A DNA stretch of 63,363 nucleotides, filler included, from Octopus bimaculoides (GCF_001194135.2; 6 parts of 5 records of this genome joined end to end with filler, not necessarily neighbours in it); one strand, 5' to 3'. Shown: positions 12,516-25,380, counted from the whole stretch's first letter. The notes: generated from the sequence alone by a model not told the origin. Translations and numbers: made by a program.

Positions 12516-14256
12516 GTAGGGAGAGAGAGGTATATGATGATGTAGACAAGACCATTTAAACTAACGTAGTTTTTTCTTTAATAAAATGCAAGGTATCATT
12601 TCAGGGCCGACTAGCTACTATTTCTAACTCGATGTCTGACTACGTAGAAGCACCCTCATTGCCTCGTAACATCTAAGCCATGTATAAGACTTCGGTCGAT
12701 TATTCCCAGACGTGTACCACCTTGTAGATATGTTCAATGGCTGCTTCTGAAGTATTCTCCCTGTTTTATATTCCCACACTTGAAAACTGGAGCATGCACA
12801 CACAGTAATATGAGCTAATGTGTATGTAGCGTATAATTGAACTTAATTTCCTCAAATGTTAACTTGCAGTTACAAGTGCCAACATTAAGGTAGCTATGTC
12901 TTTCATTACGGAGAGCTTAATAGCAATTGAATCACTAATTACAAACCTGATTTATATCAGGTGACGGTAACGACCAAAATGAAATTTGCCCCAAGCTGAT
13001 TTCAACAAAGACGACGACCACCAAATAGCAAAGGATATTTAGCATTTTAAATGTTGTACCAAGGAATAATTCCTAAGTTCTACAACCAGCAGCTTGCATT
13101 AACTTAAGCTTGAATAATAATTATTCGAGGAAATTTTATAAAGCGGAAATCTTTTAATTGCGACCTTTTAAATCCACCTCCGCACGGCAGGAAAAAACAT
13201 ATAATTAGACCGAATTACAATTAAATATTAAATTTGGAAAGAAGGAAAAAAAGAAAAGAAAAGTAATGAGAAAATTGTAAATAGAGTTGTAGTTAAAGAG
13301 CTGGTTAATATACCTTCCCATTTACTCACTAATCGTCTCATACAATAGTGCACTCAACATATTTGAACCATATATTTTTTTTTTAATCTCTGGGTTATTT
13401 CTCAGAACATTTTAACTAATTGAAATTATATTGCTCATTGGTAATTCCACATATGGCTCTGTATATATATATATGTGTGTGTGTGCGTGTGTATGCGTGT
13501 GTTGTTTGTTGGGTTGGCGGTGTTGGCTGAGTAGGGCTGGTGAATTAGCATAACAGATAGTGTAACCGGCAAAAATATGTTCAACCGTATAATTGTCCTC
13601 ATATATTTTGAGTTCGAAATCGGTCGTCTCTCCATAGTCAATTTCTAAAAGCAATTAAATTGACGATAACCTTTCGAAAAATGATTTTAGTAGATGCCGT
13701 AGATTGATTAGGTGTTAATATTTTGTGGGAACAGGTAGTGAATATGTAGGATGCTGTTGATAGTTTGTGGGGAAATAAGGTGCTGTTGGTAGTCTGTGGG
13801 GACATGTGGCAGGAAGGTAGGGTGTCAAACTAAATTCCATTTTCTTCTCTTTACGTCCTCAGTTCAAATGCCATTACGCCTTCTTGATTTTTATCTTTTC
13901 GGGGTCGCTGAAATAAGTATTATTGAAGTTCTTTTATTGATGTTACGGACTGATCCCATCTCGTTAAATTTCTGATCTTGTTCCAATATTAGAAATTTTA
14001 AGCGCAGTAGATTGTATAATAATAAGAGTGTTGATATTTCTTTCGGTTCTTTACGTGTTGAGTTCAATCTCAGCCGAGGTCAATTTGGCTTTCATCCTTT
14101 CAGGTCGATAAAGTACGTACCAGACAAGTACAGGGGTCGATGTCGGTGACTCGATCCCCTCCCCACCAAAAAAATTCAAGCCTTGTACTTATGGTAGAAA
14201 GGATTATTATTATCATTATTTTTACTATTGAGTGATAGAGCAGCATACGTTATTAA

Positions 14257-14394
14257 AGTGACGCTGGGGTATACATATACGAAGCCCAATATACCCGTAA
14301 TGACTATCTCTTTGATAAGGATACACCTGGCATATGCATCACAACCATATGTGAAGGACAAAGTGACCTCATATCAGGATAAACAGAGCATGAC
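14257..14394 (+). repeat. Unclassified dispersed repeat, homologous to 41424-41556
   Basis: agtgacgctggggta...gaagccca.tatac...atgacta...ataagg.tacacc.gg...cacaaccatatgtg shared between both loci. Confidence 0.7.
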
Positions 14395-14421
14395 TTTATT
14401 ATTTTTTATTATTATTACGAA

Positions 14422-14627
14422 GGCGGCGAATTGTTAACAACGCCGAGAAAATTGCTCCGCAGTATTTCGCTCGTCTCTACGTTCTGAGTTCAAATTACGC
14501 CGAGGTCGACTTTGCCTTTTATCATTTTAGGTTCGATAAATTAAGTGCCAGTGAAACACTCGAGGTGTATGTAATCAACTTGTCCCCTCCCCTAAAATGA
14601 CTGTCCTTGTGCTAAAATTTGAAACCA
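14422..14627 (+). mobile_element. SINE family B, tail type 2
   Basis: B-box gagttcaaattac, tail ccttgtgctaaaatttgaaacc; a second decayed copy lies at about 14040-14215. Confidence 0.8.
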
Positions 14628-16268
14628 TTATTATTATTAATAGGAAAATGATGCCCTTGTTGTCGTTACTGTTGTTATTGTGGTGGTACTGGAAAGTTGA
14701 TTATCTGTTGATAAGTTTAAAAGTTATTAATTATTGAAATGTCAACGTTCAAGTCTATGAGGGCGCAGATGGAACTGTTTGGATATTTTGATTTTCGTCC
14801 CTTCTACAACTGCATATGCAATAGCAGTAAAAGCAACGGTACCAAAAGTTACAACAGCACAAGTGTTATCGACAATAATAAAAACAGCAGCGGCAGCAAA
14901 AAATACTAAAAGTAACAATGCTAGAAACAGCAGTGAAAATGCAACAAAAAATAATTCTTACACCAAGTTTACCAGCGTTTCCAACTTCGTTTCGCTCAGC
15001 AAAAAACTCATGAAAATTTACGAGAGGTGGAGAAACATATCAAGGGAATAAATTTGTGAAAACCTATGCTCAATGTACCGCAATACCTTTCAGATTCAAC
15101 AGAACGGAAAACAACTTTGTGTAGTTATGGAACGAAAAGACTCGAATTAAAGCGTATACTTTCAGACAAAGATGAACAACTCTGTTCCAGAAATATATTT
15201 CTCTAAACATTAATTTTGAGGAACTTGTTTATAAATTTGGATACACCAGAGTTAATTTCCACATGGAGGCTTTAACCCAAACGCATTTCAGTTTCCCACA
15301 AACAAATGAATATTTTACAATGATTCCTTCATTTTAGGGTCGATAAAACAAATAGTAGCTGAGCATTGGGGTTGATATAATCGACTAGCCTTCGCCCTTA
15401 AAATTTCAGGTTTTGTGCTCATTGTAGAAAGTATTATTGATATTATTATTATTATTATTATTATTGGAGATCGAAAAGCAGCATCAGTCATCTACTAGAA
15501 AACACATTTAGCTTTAACAGGTGTTTTGAAATATAAACACACGCACATATACATACAAAGCGGCACATATATACGTATATAAACATATATGCATACATAT
15601 GTACGTACACACATATATAAATATATATACAAATATATACACACAAACACACATACATATATATATATATGTGTGTTTCTATGTATGTATGTCTATAAGT
15701 CTCTTTTAACGGTTGACAAAGCTATGAATAATAATATGTAAATGTTAGGCTAAAAATCTTTCGGGAAAGACAAAGTCGAAGGCTGCTTGTGACGCAGGCA
15801 ATGCATATATATGTACATACATACATATGTATTCTGCTGGTTTGTGATATATTTAAGTACGAAATTTTGTGGTAACTAATGGGCTTAGCCAGTAAATGTC
15901 AATACAAAGTGTTTATTACAATTTAACTCAATATTACGTCTTTATCTCATAAAACCCCACCCTGTACAATATAACAGTGTTTAGTTAACAATCAACCTGT
16001 TTGTGTGACTGCATCATTTAATCATAGACTTACACAAATATCTTACACGAAGAAACGCACGCATGTAAATATATACTTAACTGTGTATATGTGTGTATGT
16101 AAGTATTAACATCTGTGTGTATTTCAGACAGATATAATACCATGCTGTTCGGCGAAACCGTTACTAAGCTTCATAGACGTTAACAATGCTCCGCTACCGC
16201 AGCTGTGGGAATTAAGATATGAAATACGAGTTGGTTGAAAACCTCTGCAAGTGATTCTCTCTCTGTGG

Positions 16269-16302
<34 letters not shown>

Positions 16303-16607
16303 TTCAAATTACCTCGGAGTATTGCTTTACTCGTATATCTGGGTTATATAAAAATGGCCGTTTTGTTTCTACAAACTAACGTATTGTTGCTTTGTTGACT
16401 TCTGTTATACCTTACGATGTAGATTAAGTATTTTGAATTGAGTCGCGAAAATAAAAAAAAAGATGAGGGAAACATACAAGCATACGTGCATACATAGATG
16501 CAAGTACACACGCAAATCCGAAGACACGCGCACACAAACATTCACATATGCACACTAAGAAACAAATTCACATGTACATACACGAGCACACGCACTCACA
16601 CACACAC

Positions 16608-16705
16608 ACGGGCTTCTTTCAGTTTTTCTCTACCAAATCCACTCACAAGGCTTTGGTCGGCCCAAGGCTATAGTAGAAGACACTTACCCAAGATGCCACG
16701 CAGCG
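16608..16705 (-). mobile_element. SINE family C, CORE-like fragment
   Basis: Reverse complement of cttgggtaagtgtcttctactatagccttgggccgaccaaagccttgtgagtggatttggtaga. Confidence 0.8.
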
Positions 16706-17020
16706 TGTTTCCAAGCTATAAAAGACAAGGCCTTTTCTCTGATAAAAGGCGAGAATGAACGAGAAGGGACGACAGGCGAAAAGGAAAAAAGCGTAATGAG
16801 AAAAACGAAAAACGAAAAGCAACATATGAAGGTAAAAGAATTAGGAAGTACGTCACCTGGTCCTTTAGATTTGGAATTATTGTGATTGTTGTAAATTTAT
16901 TCGATGGGGAAAGGTTAAAGTTTGCAGGGTCACATGCTTGATAAACTGAAGGGAGTTTTCCACTCTATAAATGTGTGAGTGCACTTGAAGAAGTGTAGTA
17001 CTTTTGCGTGTATATGAGTG

Positions 17021-17237
17021 TTATTTCTTTTCTGCTCACAAGGGGCTATACACAGAGGGGACAAACAAGGACAGACAAACGGATTAAGTCGATTATATCA
17101 AACCCAGTGCGTAACTGGTACTTATTTAATCGACCCCGAAAGGATGAAAAGCAAAGTCGACCTCGGCGGAATTTGAACTCAGAACGTAGCGGCAGACGAA
17201 ATACCGCTGAGCATTTCGCCCGACGTGCTAACGTTTC
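17021..17237 (-). mobile_element. SINE family B, tail type 3, lacking the 5' leader
   Basis: Tail tttgtcccctctgtgtatagccccttgtgagcagaaaagaaat; starts at gaaacgttagcacg. Confidence 0.85.
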
Positions 17238-17363
17238 TTATTTCTTTATTGTCCACAAGGGTCTAAACATAGAGAGGATAAACAAGGACAGACAAACGGA
17301 TTAAGTCGATTACATCGATCCATTGCGTAACTGGTACTTATTTAATCGACCCCGAAAGGATGA
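17238..17363 (-). mobile_element. SINE family B, tail type 3, tandem upstream copy (5' part in gap)
   Basis: Tail tctatgtttagacccttgtggacaataaagaaataa joins directly to the next copy. Confidence 0.85.
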
Positions 17364-17468
17364 NNNNNNNNNNNNNNNNNNNNNNNNNNNNNNNNNNNNN
17401 NNNNNNNNNNNNNNNNNNNNNNNNNNNNNNNNNNNNNNNNNNNNNNNNNNNNNNNNNNNNNNNNNNNN

Positions 17469-17527
<59 letters not shown>

Positions 17528-18173
17528 AACATTTAATAAATAAAAAGTTCATCAGCGTGTGTAGGTCGACCCCCTATTTAAATAACGGGACTCTCCGAAG
17601 AACAGGGTAAAGAACCAGTTCTACTATGGTTTTGAAGATCATCTGGCCAATCTACTGAAAGAAACAGTAAGATACACCTAATTAGAAACAATCTTCTAAA
17701 CGACAGACTCTGCTGGCGATGAGCTGATAATAACCGAATCTAGAGTCTCCACATCTGTCTCACTCAACACTCTCTCTTCTTACGAAGAACGCCTAAATGG
17801 GCGTTTAGGAAACGTACGGATGTAAATTTATCCACAAGATAAACAAGTCGGGTTATTTAGTTAATTAATGCACGTCGCCAATGAATGTCTCTGTTTGTAA
17901 ATGAGTAATGCCAAAGCTTTGAGTAATTGTAAACTACTGTTTTGCTTTGCCGATTGAGAGAAGCAAGAGCTACTGCGAGGCTGAATAATGTTCGGTGTCA
18001 CTAGTCGAGCCTGATCGACTTTCCGCTTGCAAATGCAGTTTAATAAGTTTATATAAACATCACTATATTTTAATAGTAATAGAAATATTTATTAAATTTC
18101 CATGAGATGCTGCAACTACTACCACTTTCTGCTGTTATAAACACTCGTGTATACAGCTTTCTTTACTGTTATA

Positions 18174-18284
18174 GAATGAAAGGCAAAGTCGACCTTAGCG
18201 GAATTTGAACTCAGAACGTAAAGACAGATGAAATACCGCTAAGCATTTCACCCGGCGTGCTAACGTTTCTGCCAGCTCGCCGCC
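18174..18284 (-). mobile_element. SINE family B, 5' half
   Basis: Reverse complement of ggcggcgagctggcagaaacgttagcacgccggg...ctttgcctttcattc. Confidence 0.85.
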
Positions 18285-18320
18285 TTGTTCTCATAAGAGA
18301 TTATTATCATCGCTATGCAA

Positions 18321-18537
18321 GGCGCCGAACTAGCAGAGTAGTTACCCTGCCGGACGAAATGCTTAGCGACATTCATCTGGTTTTGAGTTCTGTGTTCGAA
18401 TGACGCCGGTGTCGACGCCGACTTTGCCTTTCGTTCTTTCAGGCTGATACAATAAGTACCAGTCATTAACTGGGGTCGACGACATTGATTTACTCTTTCC
18501 CACAAAATTTCTGGACTTGACTCAAAATTTGAAGCCA
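18321..18537 (+). mobile_element. SINE family B, diverged, tail type 2
   Basis: gaaatgcttagcg...gactttgcctttc...aataagtacc...ggggtcgac...aaaatttgaagcc. Confidence 0.75.
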
Positions 18538-18762
18538 TTTGATGAGCAGTGCCTGAGCGAAATATTGACGATGTTTCGTTTTACTTCGAAGTCACTGACG
18601 ATAATATTCTTATTTAATTATGATAAATTTGTGCTCTACTAAAGTATAGTGGATTAAAGTAAGTTTCTTTTTATTATTATAACTGAAAAATAAGTACAAG
18701 GTGCGCATTGTACCAAAATGTGAAGGCGTTCTAACTGAACATAAAAACAAACATCAATATAC

Positions 18763-19160
18763 GGAATGGCTGTGAGGTAAGAAACTTGCTTCCCAGCCAC
18801 ATGGTTTCGGGTTCAGTCCCACTGCGTGGCACTTTGGGCAAGTGTCTTCTACAATAGCCTCGGGTCGACGAAAGCCTTGTGAGCGGATTTGGTAGACGGA
18901 AACTGAAAGAAGCCCGTCATATATATATGTATATATACGTATATGTATGTGTTTGTATGTCTGTGTTGTCCACGCCACTATCGCTTGACAACCGATGTTG
19001 GTGTGTTTATGTCTCCGTAACTTAGCAGTTCGACCTAAGGAACCAATAGAATAAGTACTAGTCTTACAAAGAATTAGTCCTGGGGTCGATTTGAATCGAC
19101 TAAAGGCGGTGCTCCAGCATGGCCGCAGTCAAATGACTGAAACAAGTAAAAAAATAAAAG
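18763..19160 (+). mobile_element. SINE family C, full length, with internal (TA)/(TG) microsatellite
   Basis: tRNA head, CORE-like ggcactttgggcaagtgtcttct, internal microsatellite, ggggtcgatt module and 3' tail. Confidence 0.9.
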
Positions 19161-19989
19161 AATATATATATATATATATATATACATACACACATTTCTA
19201 AATACATATACATATACATATATATGTAATATATACATGCATATACTTGTGTGTGCGTGTGTGTATATGTCTATACATAAATATATATTTAATACTGTAT
19301 GAGTTTGCAATTGTATATGTGTTAGTGTGTGCGTGTGTGTGCGCGTGTGTGTGTGCGTGTGTGTGTGTGTATGCGTGTGTATGCGTGTGTGCAAATTTCA
19401 ATATTCATATTCAGTACACACCGAAACCGCAGATCAATACTTCCGAGTACACCATGTCGCTTGTACGCATTCGAGTCTTCGTATTTCTTATACGAAAATA
19501 CAGTTGTTTTTGCAGCGTGTGAGCGCTATCTCATGATCTACAGTCTGTATGAGATGTAATTGCTAAAGGGTGTCATTGTCCATGGATTGTTAGGAACAAA
19601 CATGAAATAGTTACTAAATTCTATCACTGATTTATTTCAATGATGTTAATTATCAGTACATATTTTTCTCGGGCTTTTCCTATCTAATTAACTTATTGTT
19701 TGTCCTTACAGACTGTGTTTAAGTCGCTTGAAAAATGGCCGACACTTCTCCAATAGAATGACTTCGCCGGCTTTCGACAATAATAGCAGCTAACGAACTA
19801 TATTGTTATAAATATAGCATAAATAAACTTGGTATATTGTTTTTGATTAGGCAAGACAAGATAGCTTTCTCATCATGCAACCTGTATTTTCTCTATGGTT
19901 TGTCTTCTCTTGTCTTTCATTTTCACAGACATTTTAAAAAGACAATTTTTTTTTTCTTTTGCCTGCAACACCATGCTTTTCGTTCCAAC

Positions 19990-20256
19990 ACTTTCATTGC
20001 AGTTGCTGCTGCTGCTGTTGTCTTTGTTGTTGTTGTTGTTGTTGCTTTTATCGTCATCGTCGTCGTCGTTGTAGCTGTTGTCATAGGTGCTGCTGCTGAT
20101 GATGCTGCTGTTGCCGTTTTTGTTGTTGCTGTTACATCCGCTGCTTGCTCTTGTTGCTCTTTCTCGACACTACTACTACTACTTCTACTACTACTACCGT
20201 TACTGCTACTACTACCGTTACTGCTACTACTACTACTGCTACTACTACTGTTACTG

Positions 20257-20291
<35 letters not shown>

Positions 20292-20361
20292 GTTACTGCT
20301 GCTGCTACTACTACCACCACTACTACTACTACTACTACTACTGCTACTACTACTGTTACTG

Positions 20362-20427
<66 letters not shown>

Positions 20428-21432
20428 TTGCTGCAGTGGCTACCACAATCAGTACAGTGCATCTATAATACCACCACCACTACTATCATTAATACTAACT
20501 TCACTACTATGCTGAGTGTCACCGCTCTTATCTTCTCATCAGCATTGTAAGCAGTTCACGGTTCGATCGACTGAACTAACCATCCACAGCCACCGCCATA
20601 ATCCACCACCATCACCACCAATGCCACAACCACAGCTACAACCTCCAACACAACCACCACCAGCAACAACAACACCAACACCACTAACATCAACACTGCC
20701 GCTAGACTCCCACTAGTACTACACAACCACTACCACCACCACCACCACCATTACCACCACCACCACTACCAACACAACCACCACCACCAATAACAACAAC
20801 CACCACTACCGCCTTTAGCAAACGACCACCATCACTAACAACAACACCACCAGTAGTATTGCCAGCAGCGCCCCCCCCCCCAACTACCTCCATCCTCTTT
20901 CCTATCCCCACTGTGTGCCATTACAGCTAACACCATTATCAGCGTCATCGGAAGCTCCACCGTCATCATCAGCGGAGATAATAATAGTAAACGGTCCGTC
21001 ATCATAAGGGGCTTCAATAAAACCTTCGGCATTATCGCCACAGTCGACAACACCGACGTTGTCCTTATCATCATCATCATTGTCATCGTCGTCGTTATCA
21101 TCGTCGTCGTCGTCATCGTCGTCGTCGTATCGCCGTAGATGGGTTCCTCGTCAGCGTTGTCTTCGTTGCTATCATCTTCCTTGCCCTTTTTGTCTTCACC
21201 CTTATTGCCCTGCCGCCGCCGTCGTCGTCGTCGTCATCATCATCATCATCATCATCATCATTATCATCATCATCAATAGCTTCATTATCATCGTCTCCTT
21301 CATCAACATCATTTCTATCACGTTGTCAACCTCGTCGCCGTGGTCGTTGCCTTTGTCGTCGTTGTCACCGGCCGCATCATCGTCGTCATCATCGTCACCA
21401 TCATCATCACCATCATCACCATCATCATCGTC

Positions 21433-21488
<56 letters not shown>

Positions 21489-21505
21489 TACCATCATCAT
21501 CACCT
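19990..21505. repeat. Compound trinucleotide microsatellite field (TGC/TGT/TAC/ACC/CAT/CGT), pure to degenerate
   Basis: Directly visible; source of the poly-L/T/V/S/M ORFs in the track. Confidence 0.95.
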
Positions 21506-21777
21506 TGTTGAGTTTTTCCTTGATGTTACCGGATCGAGATTTTCTCTCTGTTCCTTTTCTCGCACACCTTCATTTCTGCTCTTTTTTTTTGTTCCTCTTC
21601 TTTCTTTTCCAACACCAGGTGTCTTTTGAACATTATACCTGTGATTACGCTTAATTAAAAAAGTTTTAGCTTACTCTACATGAATTCACTCTCTCTCTCT
21701 CTCTCTCTCTAAGAAATTCATGCAGTCGACATTTCTATCCGTTGCCAGTCTATATGTATTTCGATGTATATATGTGC

Positions 21778-21811
<34 letters not shown>

Positions 21812-21861
21812 GTGTGTTTGTGTATGTATGTGTATGTGTGTGTTTGTCGCTGCTTGAACAA

Positions 21862-22027
21862 GGCTGTTCCGTGGGAACCGACGTTTGTACCGTTTTTAAC
21901 CTCAGGTGGTTATTCGATGGAATTTGCTGCAATATATATCGGCTGCAGATTGTATCGAATAAACAGCTGCAGGAGGCGTGCTCCCGGGGTTAAAAACGGT
22001 AGTAACGTCGGTTCCTACGGAACAGCC
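21862..22027. mobile_element. MITE-like element with about 45-bp TIRs nested in a SINE-C tail
   Basis: TIRs 21862-21906 and 21983-22027 (5 mismatches); inner inverted ttattcgat...atcgaataa; both flanks resemble the SINE-C tail. Confidence 0.7.
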
Positions 22028-22112
22028 ATATTCAGGTGGTGATAAACATTACTTCCCGGTAACTAAACGGTTCAGGAGAGGAGACCGATAGAATAAGCAC
22101 CAGCCTTACAAA

Positions 22113-22150
<38 letters not shown>

Positions 22151-23236
22151 TACTATAAATATGTGTGTGTGAGTATACCTTAGTATGTAAAATAACTATT
22201 AGAAAACCGTAAAAGCGGGGATTTTCAACGAAATGTCTTGAGGGATTTGTTCCGCAGCGAATTATCAGCACTCCCTTATAATTGTCGCTTTCTGAAATAT
22301 CACGAAGCAGTGATTTGTCCTAAAAGTAAGTGGCAAATAATGGCGCTGTTCTTTTATAATTTCAGATATAAAACAGAAACAGACAACATCTCACGATTTG
22401 TAAAATATAACAACTGTAAACTTTCTCCACACAAATATGTAAACTGCCTAAAAATGATAAATGAATAGAAGATAAATAGACGAAAAGCGAGTCCCTTGAA
22501 ATGAATCATATTGTAATTTAGTTACAAATGTCTGATGAAACAAAAGACAAAGAAGAAAAACAACAGTACATTTGACATGAGTTATATATGCCTTCAACAT
22601 GGCCGTCATGACGTATTGAATAACATCCCCGTGGAAAAGGGAGGCTATCCTAGTTATATATTGTTTACTACTACTTGTAACTCTTCGTATTGTTACAACC
22701 GTTGTCTGCTTGTAGAATTATTTTAAAGTTGTTGCTGTTGTTGTTGTTGTTGTTGCTGTTTTTAGGGTGACAGAAACGAGAAAATTGATTTATTGTTTGA
22801 GGGCGAAGTTATACAATTAAGATTTCAAACGATTGTCGGTTGTTTCCTTTCTTTTTCTTTTGTCTGTCTTCCCCCCTGTCTTCCTCTGTCTTCACCCCTT
22901 CCCTAAAGGGGACAATCACTTGTGACACTGGGAATGGCGTCGACGAAAATATTACGAAAGTCAGTCGTTTGTAAATTTTACAGACAATTACCGAATCATA
23001 TATTAAGGTCAGCAGAGGGAATCCCTTCGGAGGACAAAGACAAAGACGTGTGGCTAACAACTTGCCTTTGTAGTCAAATGAGAGAACGTGAAATGATTCT
23101 TCTTTTGGAACGAAGATTCTGGAAGCAGATAAAGCTATAAATATTACCTGTATATATATATATATATTCTTATATTTCAGGATGGTCAATTTTTTTTGTT
23201 GTTGTTACCAAATAAGCATGTGCGTTATGTATCCGT

Positions 23237-23281
23237 TGTCTGGAAAGCTTTCGTCACAAACCTGTGACCTCTTCAGCGACA
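23237..23281 (-). ncRNA. Hammerhead-ribozyme-like motif (minimal type I)
   Basis: Minus strand: ugucg CUGAAGA g GUCAC-agguuu-GUGAC GAAA gcuuuc cagaca; core and 5-bp stem II intact, stem I imperfect. Confidence 0.5.
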
Positions 23282-23433
23282 TTTCCTTCTCACGTATCTG
23301 CCCCTGGTATTTTTAGTCCATCCTGTCTTTCTATGTGAAATATAACAATATCTGTTTCAAAACACGATTTCACATCAGGAATCTTGCAAAACAAATCCAT
23401 AACCGTATATATATATATGTCTGTATGTATGTA

Positions 23434-23464
<31 letters not shown>

Positions 23465-24149
23465 NNNNNNNNNNNNNNNNNNNNNNNNNNNNNNNNNNNN
23501 NNNNNNNNNNNNNNNNNNNNNNNNNNNNNNNNNNNNNNNNNNNNNNNNNNNNNNNNNNNNNNNNNNNNNNNNNNNNNNNNNNNNNNNNNNNNNNNNNNNN
23601 NNNNNNNNNNNNNNNNNNNNNNNNNNNNNNNNNNNNNNNNNNNNNNNNNNNNNNNNNNNNNNNNNNNNNNNNNNNNNNNNNNNNNNNNNNNNNNNNNNNN
23701 NNNNNNNNNNNNNNNNNNNNNNNNNNNNNNNNNNNNNNNNNNNNNNNNNNNNNNNNNNNNNNNNNNNNNNNNNNNNNNNNNNNNNNNNNNNNNNNNNNNN
23801 NNNNNNNNNNNNNNNNNNNNNNNNNNNNNNNNNNNNNNNNNNNNNNNNNNNNNNNNNNNNNNNNNNNNNNNNNNNNNNNNNNNNNNNNNNNNNNNNNNNN
23901 NNNNNNNNNNNNNNNNNNNNNNNNNNNNNNNNNNNNNNNNNNNNNNNNNNNNNNNNNNNNNNNNNNNNNNNNNNNNNNNNNNNNNNNNNNNNNNNNNNNN
24001 NNNNNNNNNNNNNNNNNNNNNNNNNNNNNNNNNNNNNNNNNNNNNNNNNNNNNNNNNNNNNNNNNNNNNNNNNNNNNNNNNNNNNNNNNNNNNNNNNNNN
24101 NNNNNNNNNNNNNNNNNNNNNNNNNNNNNNNNNNNNNNNNNNNNNNNNN

Positions 24150-24184
<35 letters not shown>

Positions 24185-24772
24185 CTTACATACAGAGAGA
24201 GTGAGAGAGATTGCTATCCCATTGGGCTTTCGCTGCTTCAATGTCGGATGCATTACACTGGTTATAGATATGCGTGCGCATGCGTGTGCGAGTAAATCCG
24301 CATGAATCTAATACTAAGGTCTCTCGAGAGCTTTTCACTAAGTATTATATTATATAGAGTAAGGTCGCGCATAGAAAAATTTGAAATTATCTTTCATGCC
24401 ATTGTTTGACTAAAATCAACTACAATAAATCAGCTTATTGGAATTTATGGAAATTGAATAGAATACTGTCTTTAAAAACACTCGTCTCTGCATCGACTTG
24501 GTTGATGGTTTCACATGTTAAGCATTCCCAGAGGGAGTTTTTGACTACTAACTGCATAGATAATGTCATTATTGGAGACGTTTCAACCTATTATTTTTTA
24601 TATGTGGCTTCTTAACATATTTAGATTTTCTATGCGGGAGTACTTCCTTCGTTATATTATCAGCTTACATCAGCAACAATCATTTCTAAGATAACATACA
24701 CATCCTTCGCGTATATACACGGACACTCATATTCATACGCATTCAAATGTGTATTATGCATCCCCATCGGTA

Positions 24773-24993
24773 ATGATGACGACAGGGTTCCAGTTGATCC
24801 GATCAACGGAATAGCCTGCTTGTGAAATTAGCGTGAACCTGGCGTCCATTGTGAACTGCAAGTACGACTTATTTTACCTATTGAGGGGACTGGAGTGAAA
24901 TAAAACGTCTTGCTCGAGGACACAACGCACTGCCGGGAATTGAACTCAGGACCTTCCGATCAGGAGCTGAATACCATAGCCATTAAGACATAC
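24773..24993 (-). mobile_element. SINE fragments: family A tail (24773-24835) and CORE-type head (24883-24993)
   Basis: Reverse-complement matches to 2655-2972 at both ends, middle missing. Confidence 0.6.
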
Positions 24994-25380
24994 ACATATA
25001 CCTTCACAATAGCACACTTGTATGATGTTCCTTACGAAATAGAATACACGAATTTCGGCTGTGTATGCCCTATCCGAAGTCAAGACAATCTTAATCCAGA
25101 TTATCCCTGATCAGAGACAATCAGGCAGTGACCATCTCATCCAATTTTCTAACTTGTCACTTCACTGTCCAGCCTAATATAACCTGACGTAATTGGAGGT
25201 TTGGCTGTCATTTCTAGCCAAACGTGCAATTGCATAGACTTTCCGTTATTGCCTTATCCAGACAAATGTTGTTTTTGATTTGTTGTTGTTTAATCCACGT
25301 TCATCTCGATCAGTTTGCTTTATCATCAAAAGCATTCTATTCTGATTGTGATTTTTTTTTTTTTTAATCCTCGAAACATA

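Noticed and set aside
19837-21654. Long poly-L/T/V/S/M ORFs
   Set aside because: Open only because trinucleotide repeats lack stops; several overlap on both strands
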